Positions 29,952-40,007 of a DNA stretch of 64,000 nt are shown here, piece after piece. A program made the position numbers and the translations under genes. The stretch lies in the NCBI GenBank assembly GCA_000002435.2, contig CM018790.1. One strand, written 5' to 3'. The notes beneath the pieces were generated by a model that made no database searches, was not told where the DNA came from, and worked only from the letters and a program-made list of their open reading frames with translations. This stretch comes from Giardia intestinalis. Taxonomy: Eukaryota. The stretch's first letter is position 1. Each line of letters begins with the position of its first letter.

Positions 29952-31286
29952 GCGCAGAGGAATCCCGCAATTGCCAAGATACGTCTGATACCCGCTTTCC
30001 ACGACGCTCTTGAGTGTTGCTTTTGCTTCGTCAGTAAGCTCTGCTCTGAGAGATGCGATTACTAACTGAACATCTTGATCTGTGATTTGTCCTAGAGAGA
30101 GAAAGATATCACTAAGAAGAACTAGTGTGAGAAACCCCCTACACGAGTTAGCAACACGAGCAGAACGCACCGAAGAAGATGACAGCAATAGAGACGTCAT
30201 CAACCCAAGGGTTGCAGATAAGTAGCTGGGCACCCGCAAAAAGAGTTGCACAATGGTGTTGCACCTGCATGCCTGAATAATGTTTGTGACAGCCAGCTCG
30301 TCGCAAAACTTTTGCCGCTTCTTGTCTGTCCCACATGCCAAGGGCTGTACGAGGGAGAATACGGAATAGATCTCGCTCGCAATAGCAGATAGAAGATTGA
30401 CGTCGCTTATCCTTGGAAGAGGCCCTATCTGTGGTGATCTTATTAAACGAGAGATGGCACTACTCAACAGCCGCTGACAAAAAATAAGCCCTGTCAATCT
30501 GTCATCTACAATTGGATTTTCAGAAAAAAATTGATGGCCATTATTATCTGCGTCCAGTAGCACTGACAGTTTTACCGATGCCCGCAAACCTTGCAAGAGA
30601 GCGCGCAAGGAGAGAACACTTCCCGCATGAAGACCGTCCCCTGGTTCAATAGCTCCACAGCATAAGTTTTCGATTGCAAGTACGGCTATGCACGCAGGCA
30701 GGAGACAGTTATCACCAATGCTAATGAATATTTCTAATGCGTTAGCCAAATTAGTCAGCACGTCCAACACCTGCTCTTGTGTCACATGCATGGCCAGCCG
30801 GGCAACAATGGCAATGGCCATGCTGATGATGTATGCTGAATTAGACGCAATATATGGAAGGACGCAGTTCAGCAGCGAAACGTATTGTTCCTGGTAAGAC
30901 GTATCCGACTGTAGAAGAGTGATACTTCCAAGCGAGCTCCCCAGTGAGCTTCTACTGGTCAGCTGGTGTGTGTTTCCCGACGAAGCCGTGAGAAGAATGG
31001 AACTATCAGACATGCCAGGCTTAATAGGCTGATCGGCTTGTGCTGTGTTCCGAGGATATGGAACGGTGTTGTGTAAAATTTGTCTGTCTATTTTGGTTGT
31101 GTACTTGGGAAAACTGAGAGTAGAGCTGCAAACGACCACTACCTGGACATTATCCACTAAATTGCCTATTCCAGCTTGAGAGGCTAGTGTGTCAAAGAAC
31201 AGCAAGGTGTCGTGCACGGTCTGCTCTGTAAGCTCGTAGAGCTGCTCATAGACAACGCTCCGCCACTGGTTGACGAGTGCTCTCAT
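29916..31286 (-). CDS. hypothetical protein (456 aa); its 3' end overlaps the convergent upstream gene by 36 bp
   Basis: Clean ORF with a true ATG start (MRALVNQW...). No recognisable domain. Confidence 0.45.
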   Translation of the reverse strand: MRALVNQWRSVVYEQLYELTEQTVHDTLLFFDTLASQAGIGNLVDNVQVVVVCSSTLSFPKYTTKIDRQILHNTVPYPRNTAQADQPIKPGMSDSSILLTASSGNTHQLTSRSSLGSSLGSITLLQSDTSYQEQYVSLLNCVLPYIASNSAYIISMAIAIVARLAMHVTQEQVLDVLTNLANALEIFISIGDNCLLPACIAVLAIENLCCGAIEPGDGLHAGSVLSLRALLQGLRASVKLSVLLDADNNGHQFFSENPIVDDRLTGLIFCQRLLSSAISRLIRSPQIGPLPRISDVNLLSAIASEIYSVFSLVQPLACGTDKKRQKFCDELAVTNIIQACRCNTIVQLFLRVPSYLSATLGLMTSLLLSSSSVRSARVANSCRGFLTLVLLSDIFLSLGQITDQDVQLVIASLRAELTDEAKATLKSVVESGYQTYLGNCGIPLRSARPLNIKAFG

Positions 31287-31415
31287 CCAAAACCAACAGT
31301 TAGTGAGGTGATTTTATAGTTTGCAGGATTTACTTAGGAACGTTGAGTCTGGCCTGGCTCTGCTCTGCTCTGCCTTGCCTTATTCTACATTGCTATGATC
31401 CACGTTGATTACAGA

Positions 31416-32969
31416 TTACACACTACCTCCATGGACTAGCTCTCGGGCGGTCATTTGACCCCAGAGGGAAACAACGTTCTCGGCTTGCGCTTTGTGCACC
31501 GGTAGGTAGTTCTTCGAGGACATAACGACGTTGTCGACGATGACATCAACCGATTCCTCGTTGTTTTGGCTAATCAACGCGTCTTGGTTAGAGATAACCT
31601 CTTCGTTCTTCATATATGGTTGGACGTTGACGAGCTCGTCAAGGCAGCTATCGTCGCTGAGCTCTTTGAAGACGTCATCTACTGCGCCTGCGCTCCTCAT
31701 CCGCAAGTGCTTGTGTCTAGAAAGTCGTCTAACAGGATACATATCGAAATTCTGAACGAGAAGATGATCCCTTAGCTGAGGAGAGGCCACATCCCCCGCT
31801 GAATATAGTGGCTCGTTGGCATCTCCTCCCAGCTCCGGAGTAAGGTGTCCTTGTCCCCGCTTTAACCCCTTATGTTTTAGAGATACTATTCCCTGCTGAG
31901 CGACCTTGTGGGAACTCTGCCGCTGATGCCGCTGCTTCTTGTGGAAACGTGAAGATGGTATAGCTAGCGAAGGTACAACTAGTGGATTGGTTTCTATGGC
32001 TTGTCCTGAGCTTCCGCGCTTACTTTCCGGGCTCAAGTGTGCATTCGCCTGGTCCTCACTTGCATTCTGGATACTACCGATAACGCTCTCTCTCCTGTCG
32101 TCCTCTCTCTTGTCTTTCTTACATAGTGCTTGAGCTGGTTGAGTTGATTGCGCTGGTTGTGGGTTCGAGTCCCGTGACATCTGCTCTATGCCAAGCAGCA
32201 ACTGATCAAAGCTAGTACTGATGAGACGACGAAAGTATTTTGCAGGATTGGTGTTGAGAGCAAGGAGTAGCTTTACATAGGATGCTTCTACTAGCCTATA
32301 GTTATCGTTCCCCATATATATGATGAAATCTTTGTTAGCATGTGCATTTGCAGAAGGCTTCATACTAAAATAAAGGTTAGATAATGAGGCATTTGTGACA
32401 AATTTTGCTAAAACAGAATGCGCGTTGGTTTGATTGAGAAGATGATAGGAAAGGTCGTCGATAAATATTCGCTGATTAGGGGTGAAGGACACAGAACAGT
32501 CAGCCCTGCTGGGGTTTGTTGGTGAGTAGGACTGAGAGAGAGTAATGTTGAGCTCGTGGCCTATGCTGGAGGAGCGGCTGATGTACCTCGAAGCCGATGA
32601 GGATCCAGGTTGAGTGCCCCGTTGCTTTCCAATGGACGTCATCATGTGGCTAGCGCTATTGAAAGGCATGTTTTCGATTGTAAAGGGAAAACTAGAGTAT
32701 GCAAGATTTGTGTGTCCTAAAAAGATGGTCTGAAAGAGGCGAAAGTTGGGGAAGTTTTCCAGTTCCCCTGGATCCAATACCATAATATTCCTTGTGCTCA
32801 GCCCGTTGTCAAGATACGTGAACTCTAAATCCCACACGGCCAGTGTGAAAAAGTATGCCTTCTTCAGACACCCCCGCACTCTATAACGATAGATGCGCAA
32901 GGAAACGTTTTTTCCTGCATCGTCTGTCTTCCCCCGCTCTACCCAGCCGACATCGTGGCCGAACCACAT
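31416..32969 (-). CDS. hypothetical protein (about 517 aa from the first ATG)
   Basis: The ORF-track start at 32987 is a TTG. The first ATG, at 32967-32969, is preceded by AT-rich sequence. The protein has S/N-rich low-complexity segments and no recognisable domain. Confidence 0.45.
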   Translation of the reverse strand: MWFGHDVGWVERGKTDDAGKNVSLRIYRYRVRGCLKKAYFFTLAVWDLEFTYLDNGLSTRNIMVLDPGELENFPNFRLFQTIFLGHTNLAYSSFPFTIENMPFNSASHMMTSIGKQRGTQPGSSSASRYISRSSSIGHELNITLSQSYSPTNPSRADCSVSFTPNQRIFIDDLSYHLLNQTNAHSVLAKFVTNASLSNLYFSMKPSANAHANKDFIIYMGNDNYRLVEASYVKLLLALNTNPAKYFRRLISTSFDQLLLGIEQMSRDSNPQPAQSTQPAQALCKKDKREDDRRESVIGSIQNASEDQANAHLSPESKRGSSGQAIETNPLVVPSLAIPSSRFHKKQRHQRQSSHKVAQQGIVSLKHKGLKRGQGHLTPELGGDANEPLYSAGDVASPQLRDHLLVQNFDMYPVRRLSRHKHLRMRSAGAVDDVFKELSDDSCLDELVNVQPYMKNEEVISNQDALISQNNEESVDVIVDNVVMSSKNYLPVHKAQAENVVSLWGQMTARELVHGGSV

Positions 32970-33036
32970 CCAAACTATGCGTCGCAAACGAAAATCAGTT
33001 AGATTTTTTAATGCAAAATAATTCGTGCCTATCAGG

Positions 33037-33076
33037 GCTGAATCAAGGCTGAACCAGAGCTGAACTAAAGCTGAAC
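33037..33076. repeat. four copies of GCTGAA(C/T) at an 11-bp period in the divergent intergenic spacer
   Basis: ggGCTGAATcaagGCTGAACcagaGCTGAACtaaaGCTGAACac, ending 13 bp upstream of the thiamine pyrophosphokinase ATG. Confidence 0.6.
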
Positions 33077-33088
33077 ACTTCGGACAAG

Positions 33089-34006
33089 ATGGTCAATGTG
33101 GACGCTCACTATGATCTGCGCTACGTGGATACTCTACAGGCAAGCCAACCGGATCTATGCCCTGACTCTACTGGCTCGGGAGAGTATCACGTTATATTGC
33201 TGAACTATCTGTGGCCTTCGTGGTGGCGAAATGCGATAGCAGACGCCAAGACTGTCATCCTGGCTGATGGTGCTGCGTCGCGGTTGGCCGCAGTTGCTGC
33301 AGGCGAAACTCTTAACGAATGTGGGCGCCATGAGGGCTCCTCCGCCGAGCTGCGCGTTGCCGCAGATACCGTATGTAGGTTGCTATCCTCTGCGCTTGGG
33401 GCTGTCAAGTTTATCAGCGTGGGTGACTATGACTCCATGACGCCCAGAACGGTCGAGTTTTTGGAGACCTACGGGATAGCAAGAAACCATGTTCCTGAGC
33501 AAGACTCGACCGACGGGTCGAAGGCGCTAACTCTATTGTTAAACTTACTGAGTGTGAACAATTCAAGCGGGCCCTCATCTGCGCCAGCTGCGCCAGTTAC
33601 TCCAGTCATCCCACGTGTCTTAATGCTGGGTGCATTTGGTGGACGTTTAGACCACTGCTTATGTCACTTTTGTCTACTCCACAAGTACGGTAGTCAGTGC
33701 ACCATCCATCTGCACGGCGATAATAATGTTGCGCTCCTCATTCCTCCTACACAGGCGAGTTCTCAGAGAGAACCGTCCCCTGTGACTCTGTCTCTGCCGA
33801 GGTCACTGAAGATCGATGCCGTTGGGGTTATTGCCCACAATGGGCCATGCCGTGTGTGGTCCGAAGGCTTGAAGTGGGATATGAATGGGCTCCTCCTGGG
33901 ATACGAAACGATACAGTCTGGGTGTAATGTGCCTCTGAGCAAAAGTGTACGGGTTTCTAGCGATGGCTTTGTAATCTTTACTTTGTCCTACAGCTTGACT
34001 GGTTAA
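33089..34006 (+). CDS. thiamine pyrophosphokinase (TPK), 305 aa
   Basis: The TPK catalytic and thiamin-binding blocks, matched from memory to the consensus: VILLNYLWP...ILADGAASRL (compare LVILNQPL...ACADGGANRLYD), VGDYDSMTPRTVEFLE (compare IKGDFDSIRPEV), EQDSTDGSKAL (compare DQDHTDFTKCL), GAFGGRLDHCLCHF (compare GGLAGRFDQ), EGLKWDMNG (compare TGLKWNL). Confidence 0.7.
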   Translation: MVNVDAHYDLRYVDTLQASQPDLCPDSTGSGEYHVILLNYLWPSWWRNAIADAKTVILADGAASRLAAVAAGETLNECGRHEGSSAELRVAADTVCRLLSSALGAVKFISVGDYDSMTPRTVEFLETYGIARNHVPEQDSTDGSKALTLLLNLLSVNNSSGPSSAPAAPVTPVIPRVLMLGAFGGRLDHCLCHFCLLHKYGSQCTIHLHGDNNVALLIPPTQASSQREPSPVTLSLPRSLKIDAVGVIAHNGPCRVWSEGLKWDMNGLLLGYETIQSGCNVPLSKSVRVSSDGFVIFTLSYSLTG

Positions 34007-34361
34007 CCGATGATTCTGTGCTAGGAGGTAGTTGAAGAAGCTAGGGTCACACTCGGACCTTAGGAGTGCTTCCATGATAGAATATTCTGTACGTATGTTA
34101 TGGCAATCTTAGACTGAGACTTTCGGCCAGACGTAAATTATCTTTTCAATTAGCTGTACTAGGGACCGTCGTAAATAAAGATAGGATTTTAAACTGTAAA
34201 GTTCTCAACAAAAGGGTTTAAATTTTAACCTGCACAAACTCTAATTACTGTAATACTTACTACAGATCGCAAAGATGTCACTGCTTGTCAAGTGGATACA
34301 TCAGAGTAAACATAGTGTGTTAGCAGAAAAAGGTTAGAAAGTAAGTAATCCCTCAGGTAGT

Positions 34362-35130
34362 ATGTTTAGTTTTGAACCTAATGCCACCGATGATTTTACT
34401 TCTAAAAATACGCCCGACGATGGCCTCACAAACACCACAAATCTACTTCAAGCCATCTCTCCGTTTTTATCTAATGTCATAAGCCCGGATGAACTGCCCG
34501 AGAAGGCCCTTGATCAAATTACAATGCTCGGTGGAGACGGTATCCTTTACTTGCTACTGGAGGAAAAGGTTCGCTTCTACTTGAAGATATGCTGCAGAGT
34601 AGAGGCGGGACACCTTTTATCTCGTGAGGGAACCATGTTAATTCAGATATTCGCCAGAACGGGGAGGCCTGCTCTTTTGTATCGAGATTATACGGATGGA
34701 TATATTGGTGCCTTGCAAGAGCTTCTTACAAACAACGTAACGATTCAGCCGGATGGATGGAGTAGTTGGTTCAGATATGCCGAGTAAGGCAATGTGGAGT
34801 GTCTCCGGACCTTAGAGATACCTGCACACAGTCCTGAGTCACCTTTACTGTGAGGCCGGAAGACGATAGCTCTGGCTATTCTTTTGCTAACGTTACAGCC
34901 TTAATGATCGCTGCCATGCTCGACTATCCAGGCATTTGTCAGGTGCTGCTGGGCCAGGGAGCATGCATGGTTTCACCGGGAAAACTACCACACTAATGAT
35001 TACTTCCTGGTGTGGCAGTCTCAAAACTGCTCGCGTTCTCTTGAATAGAGAAAGAGGATGAGGAAGAGCAGGAACTGGACCGCGCTTATGGAGGCGGCCC
35101 ATAACAACAACAACAACAACAACAGCAACT
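34362..35130 (+). pseudogene. decayed ankyrin-repeat (protein 21.1-like) gene: an intact 141-aa 5' ORF (34362..34787) followed by ankyrin repeats broken by stops and frameshifts
   Basis: Past the TAA at 34785 the same and neighbouring frames give ...DGWSSWFRYAE*GNVECLRTLEIPA..., ...NVTALMIAAMLDYPGICQVLLGQGACM..., ...RNWTALMEAAHNNNNNN.... These are recognisable G-x-TALM-xAA-x-G-x-x-x-C-V-x-LL units. They lie in at least three frames and contain TAA/TGA/TAG stops. Confidence 0.5.
35103..35129. repeat. (AAC)7 microsatellite
   Basis: aacaacaacaacaacaacaacagcaac, inside the decayed ankyrin remnant. Confidence 0.7.
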
Positions 35131-35447
35131 CAGAACTAGTGGAGTCCTGGCCCCGTACAAAAGCGAACAGAAGAACACAAGCGGATGGACGACGATGATG
35201 ATAGGCGCAGTTCACGGCCATCTGAACGTGGAGATACAGCCAAACTAGTTGCCAAGCCGTGGAGGTACTACAACATACTCGATTTCTTAGATGACTACAA
35301 ATAGAGATAATCTAGTACGCAAATACAGGCAGCATAAAGAATCCTGGAAGAATCTATTGTGATCCGCTACGTGTTCCCCCTCTGTGCAAGTGACTAAAAG
35401 GTTTAGGCCAGATCGGTGAAGTAAATGGGGCTAGTCAATTAAAAACC

Positions 35448-38400
35448 ATGGATACCCTCTTGGTCGCCATAGACCGGCACGATTATGCACACGCGCTCCT
35501 GAAGATCGACCGCCTTAAGAGATCGTCCAACGAGCCCCTCTTTGTCGTGTACATCAGCTTTATGGAGCCGTTCATTCACTATTGTGCATCTCTGCCCACG
35601 GCCTTTTCTACGCTCGCTAATGTTATTGTAGGCATTACACCGGAAATACTGCAACAGAACATGGGGAACTTACTGCACCTATGCGCCGGCGCGGGCCTGA
35701 ATGAGTATATAGCAGACCGTCTTCCGAAAGACCCCGTCGTGACAGTAGAATCATTTCCACATCTGTGTAGATATAAATTAGCATGCAACGATTATGAAGC
35801 CATTGATAAGCTCCTTGTCGGAATCGACAAGCAAAGTGACAGGCACTTTTCGAAGGACCAGGCTCTACGCCACCTGCGATGGAAGGAAGCCTTTGCGCTT
35901 ATGGTTGCCAGGAGCCAAGTCAGCCTTCTGACAGAGAGCTCCCCAGCTCAGACCATTCTCACTAAGAATGCGCGGACACTTTTCAAGTTAGCTTTGTCTG
36001 GCTTCACGCGGAACTTCCTTTCTGATTTCTCACTTTTTGGTAAGACTGTTCCTCAGGGCAACACGCTCTTTCTCCAAAGCCTCCATCGTCAGAGTCCTTT
36101 GTCTATTTTGGCCAACTTGGTAGAGTACGACGTCTTTCTTGTCATAGCATCCGGTATTAATGAACAGGGCATGTTACAGAACTACCTGTTTGATCTGAGT
36201 AAGTTGGAAGGCATTTCCTACGAGGCACAGATGGACCCAACACAGCACAGCTTGGTGTCCGAGACTCCTCTTCAGAAACTTGAGGATACCGATCCAGCAA
36301 CAGAAGAGGCAGTAATTGTCAATGCCTCCAACCCGAGCTCTCTATTGCTCAAGCTCCATGCCATACATCCACGGATAATGGTCGTTCGTTCTTTGCTCGC
36401 CAAACTCCGAGATATGGCTAATGATGCGCCACCAGAGCCTCTCTGGAATCTCGCTTATGCCGAATTCTGGGATGTCTTTCTCTCGCATGATGTGGCTGAT
36501 GCACTGGATGTGTGCAGTGTTATGAGCCTCCACTACCGGCTTCAAATGGATATTATCTTTCTTCTGAGGGATGGAAAGAACGCTGCCAGAGCCCGAGCGA
36601 ACCCTTCTGCGTCTATATCAGCGGAGTTTAACTCATATCAGTCTGTTTTCACCGGCAAGGATGCTTACATTTCCGTCAGGGGTATTCCCATGGAGGTCCT
36701 CCTCAAGATATTATTTATTCTAAGTCGCACAACTTATAATAGCTTTGATATTCTTCCGTTTGGGGTTGCAGAATCAGCTGAGGAAGGATCCCTGCTGTTT
36801 CTCCAGAGGGATGTGAACGCAGCAATAAAACATATTATTCGAACCATATTTGATGCGGTACTGAGTGGAAAGCAACCTCTGTCTGTGCTGATGGAGGTAG
36901 CTAAGATTGTTCAGGACCTCCGCCAGACGGCATATGGGTTTGAGCTGAGAAACTTGGTTGAGATTATCAAGTATGTTTGGGATAAAGAGGCCCAGTACAA
37001 GGAGAACCATGCTCTAACTGTGTGCGTGATGTATGTGGATATTGTCTGTAAGTACACGCAGTTCAAGTGGTATAGCCGTCGAAATGGAAGTCTTGTTCTG
37101 CCAAGCGAAGGCAAGATTCAAATGAGAGACATTTCCAGCCAAAATAAGGAGCTTGAGACAGTCAGACGCGATCCCCTGGGAAATGCTGAGAATATACAAC
37201 GTGCACGAGAAGCTTATATGGAACCTTTTACTCTGAAATCTCTTCAGGTGCACATGGACACTGTTGCGACCGTAGTTGCAGACCTCCTTTATAGAGGCAA
37301 AGACTTTAATTCAGTTGTTGACGACACTATAATTTTGCTTACGGTACCAATGCTGATCTCCTTGCTCAACCTCTTCCAAAACCCATATTTCCACGAGTAC
37401 GTACTGAGGTCCCTTGACAGGTGCAAGACACCTCGAGACAAGAGTGGTCGCTCAGCAAATGGTCAGGGCTCTGCGAAGAAGTCGCACCAAACCAGCGAAT
37501 CACAAAGATCAGGGTCTCCGTTCTCAGCTTTGGTGTTTAAGCGGCAAACAGAAGCAGGAGATGACCCCGCTCTATCTGGGACGGGGGTCACTGCCACCGT
37601 GCGGCAAGTGTCCCTCTCCAGTGACTGCAACAGGAGTATAGATCGAGCGTTCATTGCGCTTGTGGACGTAGCAAATGACCTCTATGGCCATCTCAGCGAA
37701 ATCTTTTCACAGAAGGGGCTTGCAGATGCATATCCCGCGATAGTCTCTAACATGCTCCTCTTGAAACAGCGAATGCGTACATTGAACGTAGAGACTTGGA
37801 AGACTTCTTTAGAAGATGAAGTTCTTTACAACTTTTTTGATGTGGCCAATCAGCAGTACCAGACATTTGGGTCGTTCTTCTGGCGATGGTTCTTGGAGCG
37901 CGGTATTATTACGCAGAAGCCTGCGCATACCATTGTAAGCGGCATCGGTAGCCTTTCAATCGAAGACACGTGCTTGCTTCTGGATGAGGCTGTCGCCCTC
38001 GAACAAGAAACTGCCAAGTCTTCTCGAACCAAACGAAAGCCTACCAGGCCGGCCGGAGACACGCCACTGGGCACATGCAAGAACCCGTTGTGCTTCCCTG
38101 CTCAGTATCTAAACTCACGCAGATCGGCTCGTTTCCCCGCTGTGCCATTCGCCTTCATGCCACTCATCCAGGGCGCAGCACAGTTTGGGCGTGAATTTGT
38201 GACCATCACATACCAATCTATAGGCTCATCAATGCTCGAGCTTGTTAATCCTTATTATATGTTTGATAGTTTGGCGGCCACTGCACGCATGCAAATCTCT
38301 TCTGCATACATTCTTTCAGACTCACTTGAGCTCTTGTACAAGTGGATGAACACCTGTTTGGGGTACAAGACAATAAAGAAGAGCAACCTCATAGGTCTAT

Positions 38401-39401
38401 TTCTCGGGCTGACTGGCGTGTTAGCGGGAGCTGGCGAGCCCTATCTCCGGTATACACAGCACAGGTACTACATCATAGACTCCTTTGATATGAGCTGCTT
38501 TTCGGCTTGCGAGCACCTCTTTAACGATGGCGGTTATTGCAAAGATGAGAACCTTGGGACCCTATGTCCTTGGTCTACCTCCGTCTCCTCAGGTACGGCG
38601 CAGAAGCTTACCAGTGATGCACGACCTTCACAAATAGAGACATCTCTTCCTCTCTCCTCCAACATACTCTACTCAAATATCTGGAACTACCATTTAGGCA
38701 ACCAGCCCAGTATCGCTGCTAAATCGCTTTCTCTAAGCCCCGGGGTCCTTGCCAGCAAGCTCTATGTGCCACTGTCACGCCACGAAAGCTTCTCAAACCT
38801 ACTCAACTACTCATTGAGGATGTTCCTCCAAGGAAGAAATGCAATCTTCACACGAAGATTGTCACGGTCGGACGCCATGGCAACCTTCCTCATATATCAT
38901 ATATGTTCATACGTCTATCTACTGATACATGGCGCGGACAAGGGGGCAATAGAGGTATCGAACAGTGAGCTTACGACCATATTCTGCGATCTGGAATTTC
39001 TTCTGCAGGCAAAGGTCTCCTCTGATCACGATCTTGCCAGCAAGGCCTACGCCGAGTTCTTTGATTACCATGGGTTTACGCAGCGCCTTCCCCCGATGGA
39101 TCTTCTCTTCAACGTTCCGCTCCTTAAGTACTGGCTTGAACGTCTTGGCGCTCTGACTGTGACCCTCCCTATTGCATCTGAAGTCATCGTTAGGTCTTGT
39201 GACCTGTCGGTTACCATCCCTTTAGTAATACTCATCGTTAGCGCAATTATCTTTAAGGAGAAGGGCCTAATGGACGATGTACAGACAAACATAGATGCAC
39301 TCATTGAGTGCATCAGCCGGAAGACAGTGGATCCGCTTGTCGAGCCCACCAAGCAACTCTGTCTAGCGTGTCTTCACAATATCCTCCGGTTCCATGTCTA
39401 A
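35448..39401 (+). CDS. large hypothetical protein (1317 aa)
   Basis: Uninterrupted 3.95-kb ORF. ATG after CAATTAAAAACC. Mostly alpha-helical and leucine-rich, with an S/T-rich linker. No recognisable catalytic motif. Confidence 0.5.
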   Translation: MDTLLVAIDRHDYAHALLKIDRLKRSSNEPLFVVYISFMEPFIHYCASLPTAFSTLANVIVGITPEILQQNMGNLLHLCAGAGLNEYIADRLPKDPVVTVESFPHLCRYKLACNDYEAIDKLLVGIDKQSDRHFSKDQALRHLRWKEAFALMVARSQVSLLTESSPAQTILTKNARTLFKLALSGFTRNFLSDFSLFGKTVPQGNTLFLQSLHRQSPLSILANLVEYDVFLVIASGINEQGMLQNYLFDLSKLEGISYEAQMDPTQHSLVSETPLQKLEDTDPATEEAVIVNASNPSSLLLKLHAIHPRIMVVRSLLAKLRDMANDAPPEPLWNLAYAEFWDVFLSHDVADALDVCSVMSLHYRLQMDIIFLLRDGKNAARARANPSASISAEFNSYQSVFTGKDAYISVRGIPMEVLLKILFILSRTTYNSFDILPFGVAESAEEGSLLFLQRDVNAAIKHIIRTIFDAVLSGKQPLSVLMEVAKIVQDLRQTAYGFELRNLVEIIKYVWDKEAQYKENHALTVCVMYVDIVCKYTQFKWYSRRNGSLVLPSEGKIQMRDISSQNKELETVRRDPLGNAENIQRAREAYMEPFTLKSLQVHMDTVATVVADLLYRGKDFNSVVDDTIILLTVPMLISLLNLFQNPYFHEYVLRSLDRCKTPRDKSGRSANGQGSAKKSHQTSESQRSGSPFSALVFKRQTEAGDDPALSGTGVTATVRQVSLSSDCNRSIDRAFIALVDVANDLYGHLSEIFSQKGLADAYPAIVSNMLLLKQRMRTLNVETWKTSLEDEVLYNFFDVANQQYQTFGSFFWRWFLERGIITQKPAHTIVSGIGSLSIEDTCLLLDEAVALEQETAKSSRTKRKPTRPAGDTPLGTCKNPLCFPAQYLNSRRSARFPAVPFAFMPLIQGAAQFGREFVTITYQSIGSSMLELVNPYYMFDSLAATARMQISSAYILSDSLELLYKWMNTCLGYKTIKKSNLIGLFLGLTGVLAGAGEPYLRYTQHRYYIIDSFDMSCFSACEHLFNDGGYCKDENLGTLCPWSTSVSSGTAQKLTSDARPSQIETSLPLSSNILYSNIWNYHLGNQPSIAAKSLSLSPGVLASKLYVPLSRHESFSNLLNYSLRMFLQGRNAIFTRRLSRSDAMATFLIYHICSYVYLLIHGADKGAIEVSNSELTTIFCDLEFLLQAKVSSDHDLASKAYAEFFDYHGFTQRLPPMDLLFNVPLLKYWLERLGALTVTLPIASEVIVRSCDLSVTIPLVILIVSAIIFKEKGLMDDVQTNIDALIECISRKTVDPLVEPTKQLCLACLHNILRFHV

Positions 39402-39431
39402 ACCGACAAAATAAATGAAAACACTTTTTGG

Positions 39432-39965
39432 ATGCCGAATCCATTTGGACGCTTGGTCCCTATCCTCATCGATGTCGTCTTGGACAACGTACACGTCTCT
39501 GAGAAGCTCATCTATGACGTGTTTGGAGAGCTAACCCCATTAGGCCTTGCAGAGAGACTCGCAGACGAGTACTGTCTGTCTCCTTTGGCAGCACACCGCC
39601 TGCAAAGGATCGTCACGGCGCAGGCTGCTCCAGACTGCCGACCCCTGCTGGTCCTGATAGACGGCCCACCATGCCTTGTTACAATTCCTCTCTGTATAGT
39701 CATTGACAATATTGGGCTCAAGGATACGCTGTGCCTGGACGTGAATAATAAGCAGTTGGATCTAGATGCAGTCATTGATAATATCATACGAGAGAAGGCG
39801 CTAGGACTGACGCACCTGTCCTACCTTAAATGGAGAAAGGCGATCATGTTTCAGATCCTCACAGAGGTCTACAAGGCTGTAGAATGCTCGATAAAACAGC
39901 TGGACCCCCCACAGAGGCTCACAGATGTGGTCGGGCCGTGCCCTTGTTTGGGGCCGGTGGAGTAG
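39432..39965 (+). CDS. hypothetical protein (177 aa), in the same frame as the upstream 1317-aa ORF and 30 bp downstream of its stop
   Basis: ATG preceded by AAAATAAATGAAAACACTTTTTGG. Clean ORF. Could be an independent gene or a read-through extension. Confidence 0.35.
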   Translation: MPNPFGRLVPILIDVVLDNVHVSEKLIYDVFGELTPLGLAERLADEYCLSPLAAHRLQRIVTAQAAPDCRPLLVLIDGPPCLVTIPLCIVIDNIGLKDTLCLDVNNKQLDLDAVIDNIIREKALGLTHLSYLKWRKAIMFQILTEVYKAVECSIKQLDPPQRLTDVVGPCPCLGPVE

Positions 39966-40007
39966 TCTCAAAAAAAGTTCTGAAAGTCAAAGCACGCCAA
40001 CACGCCA

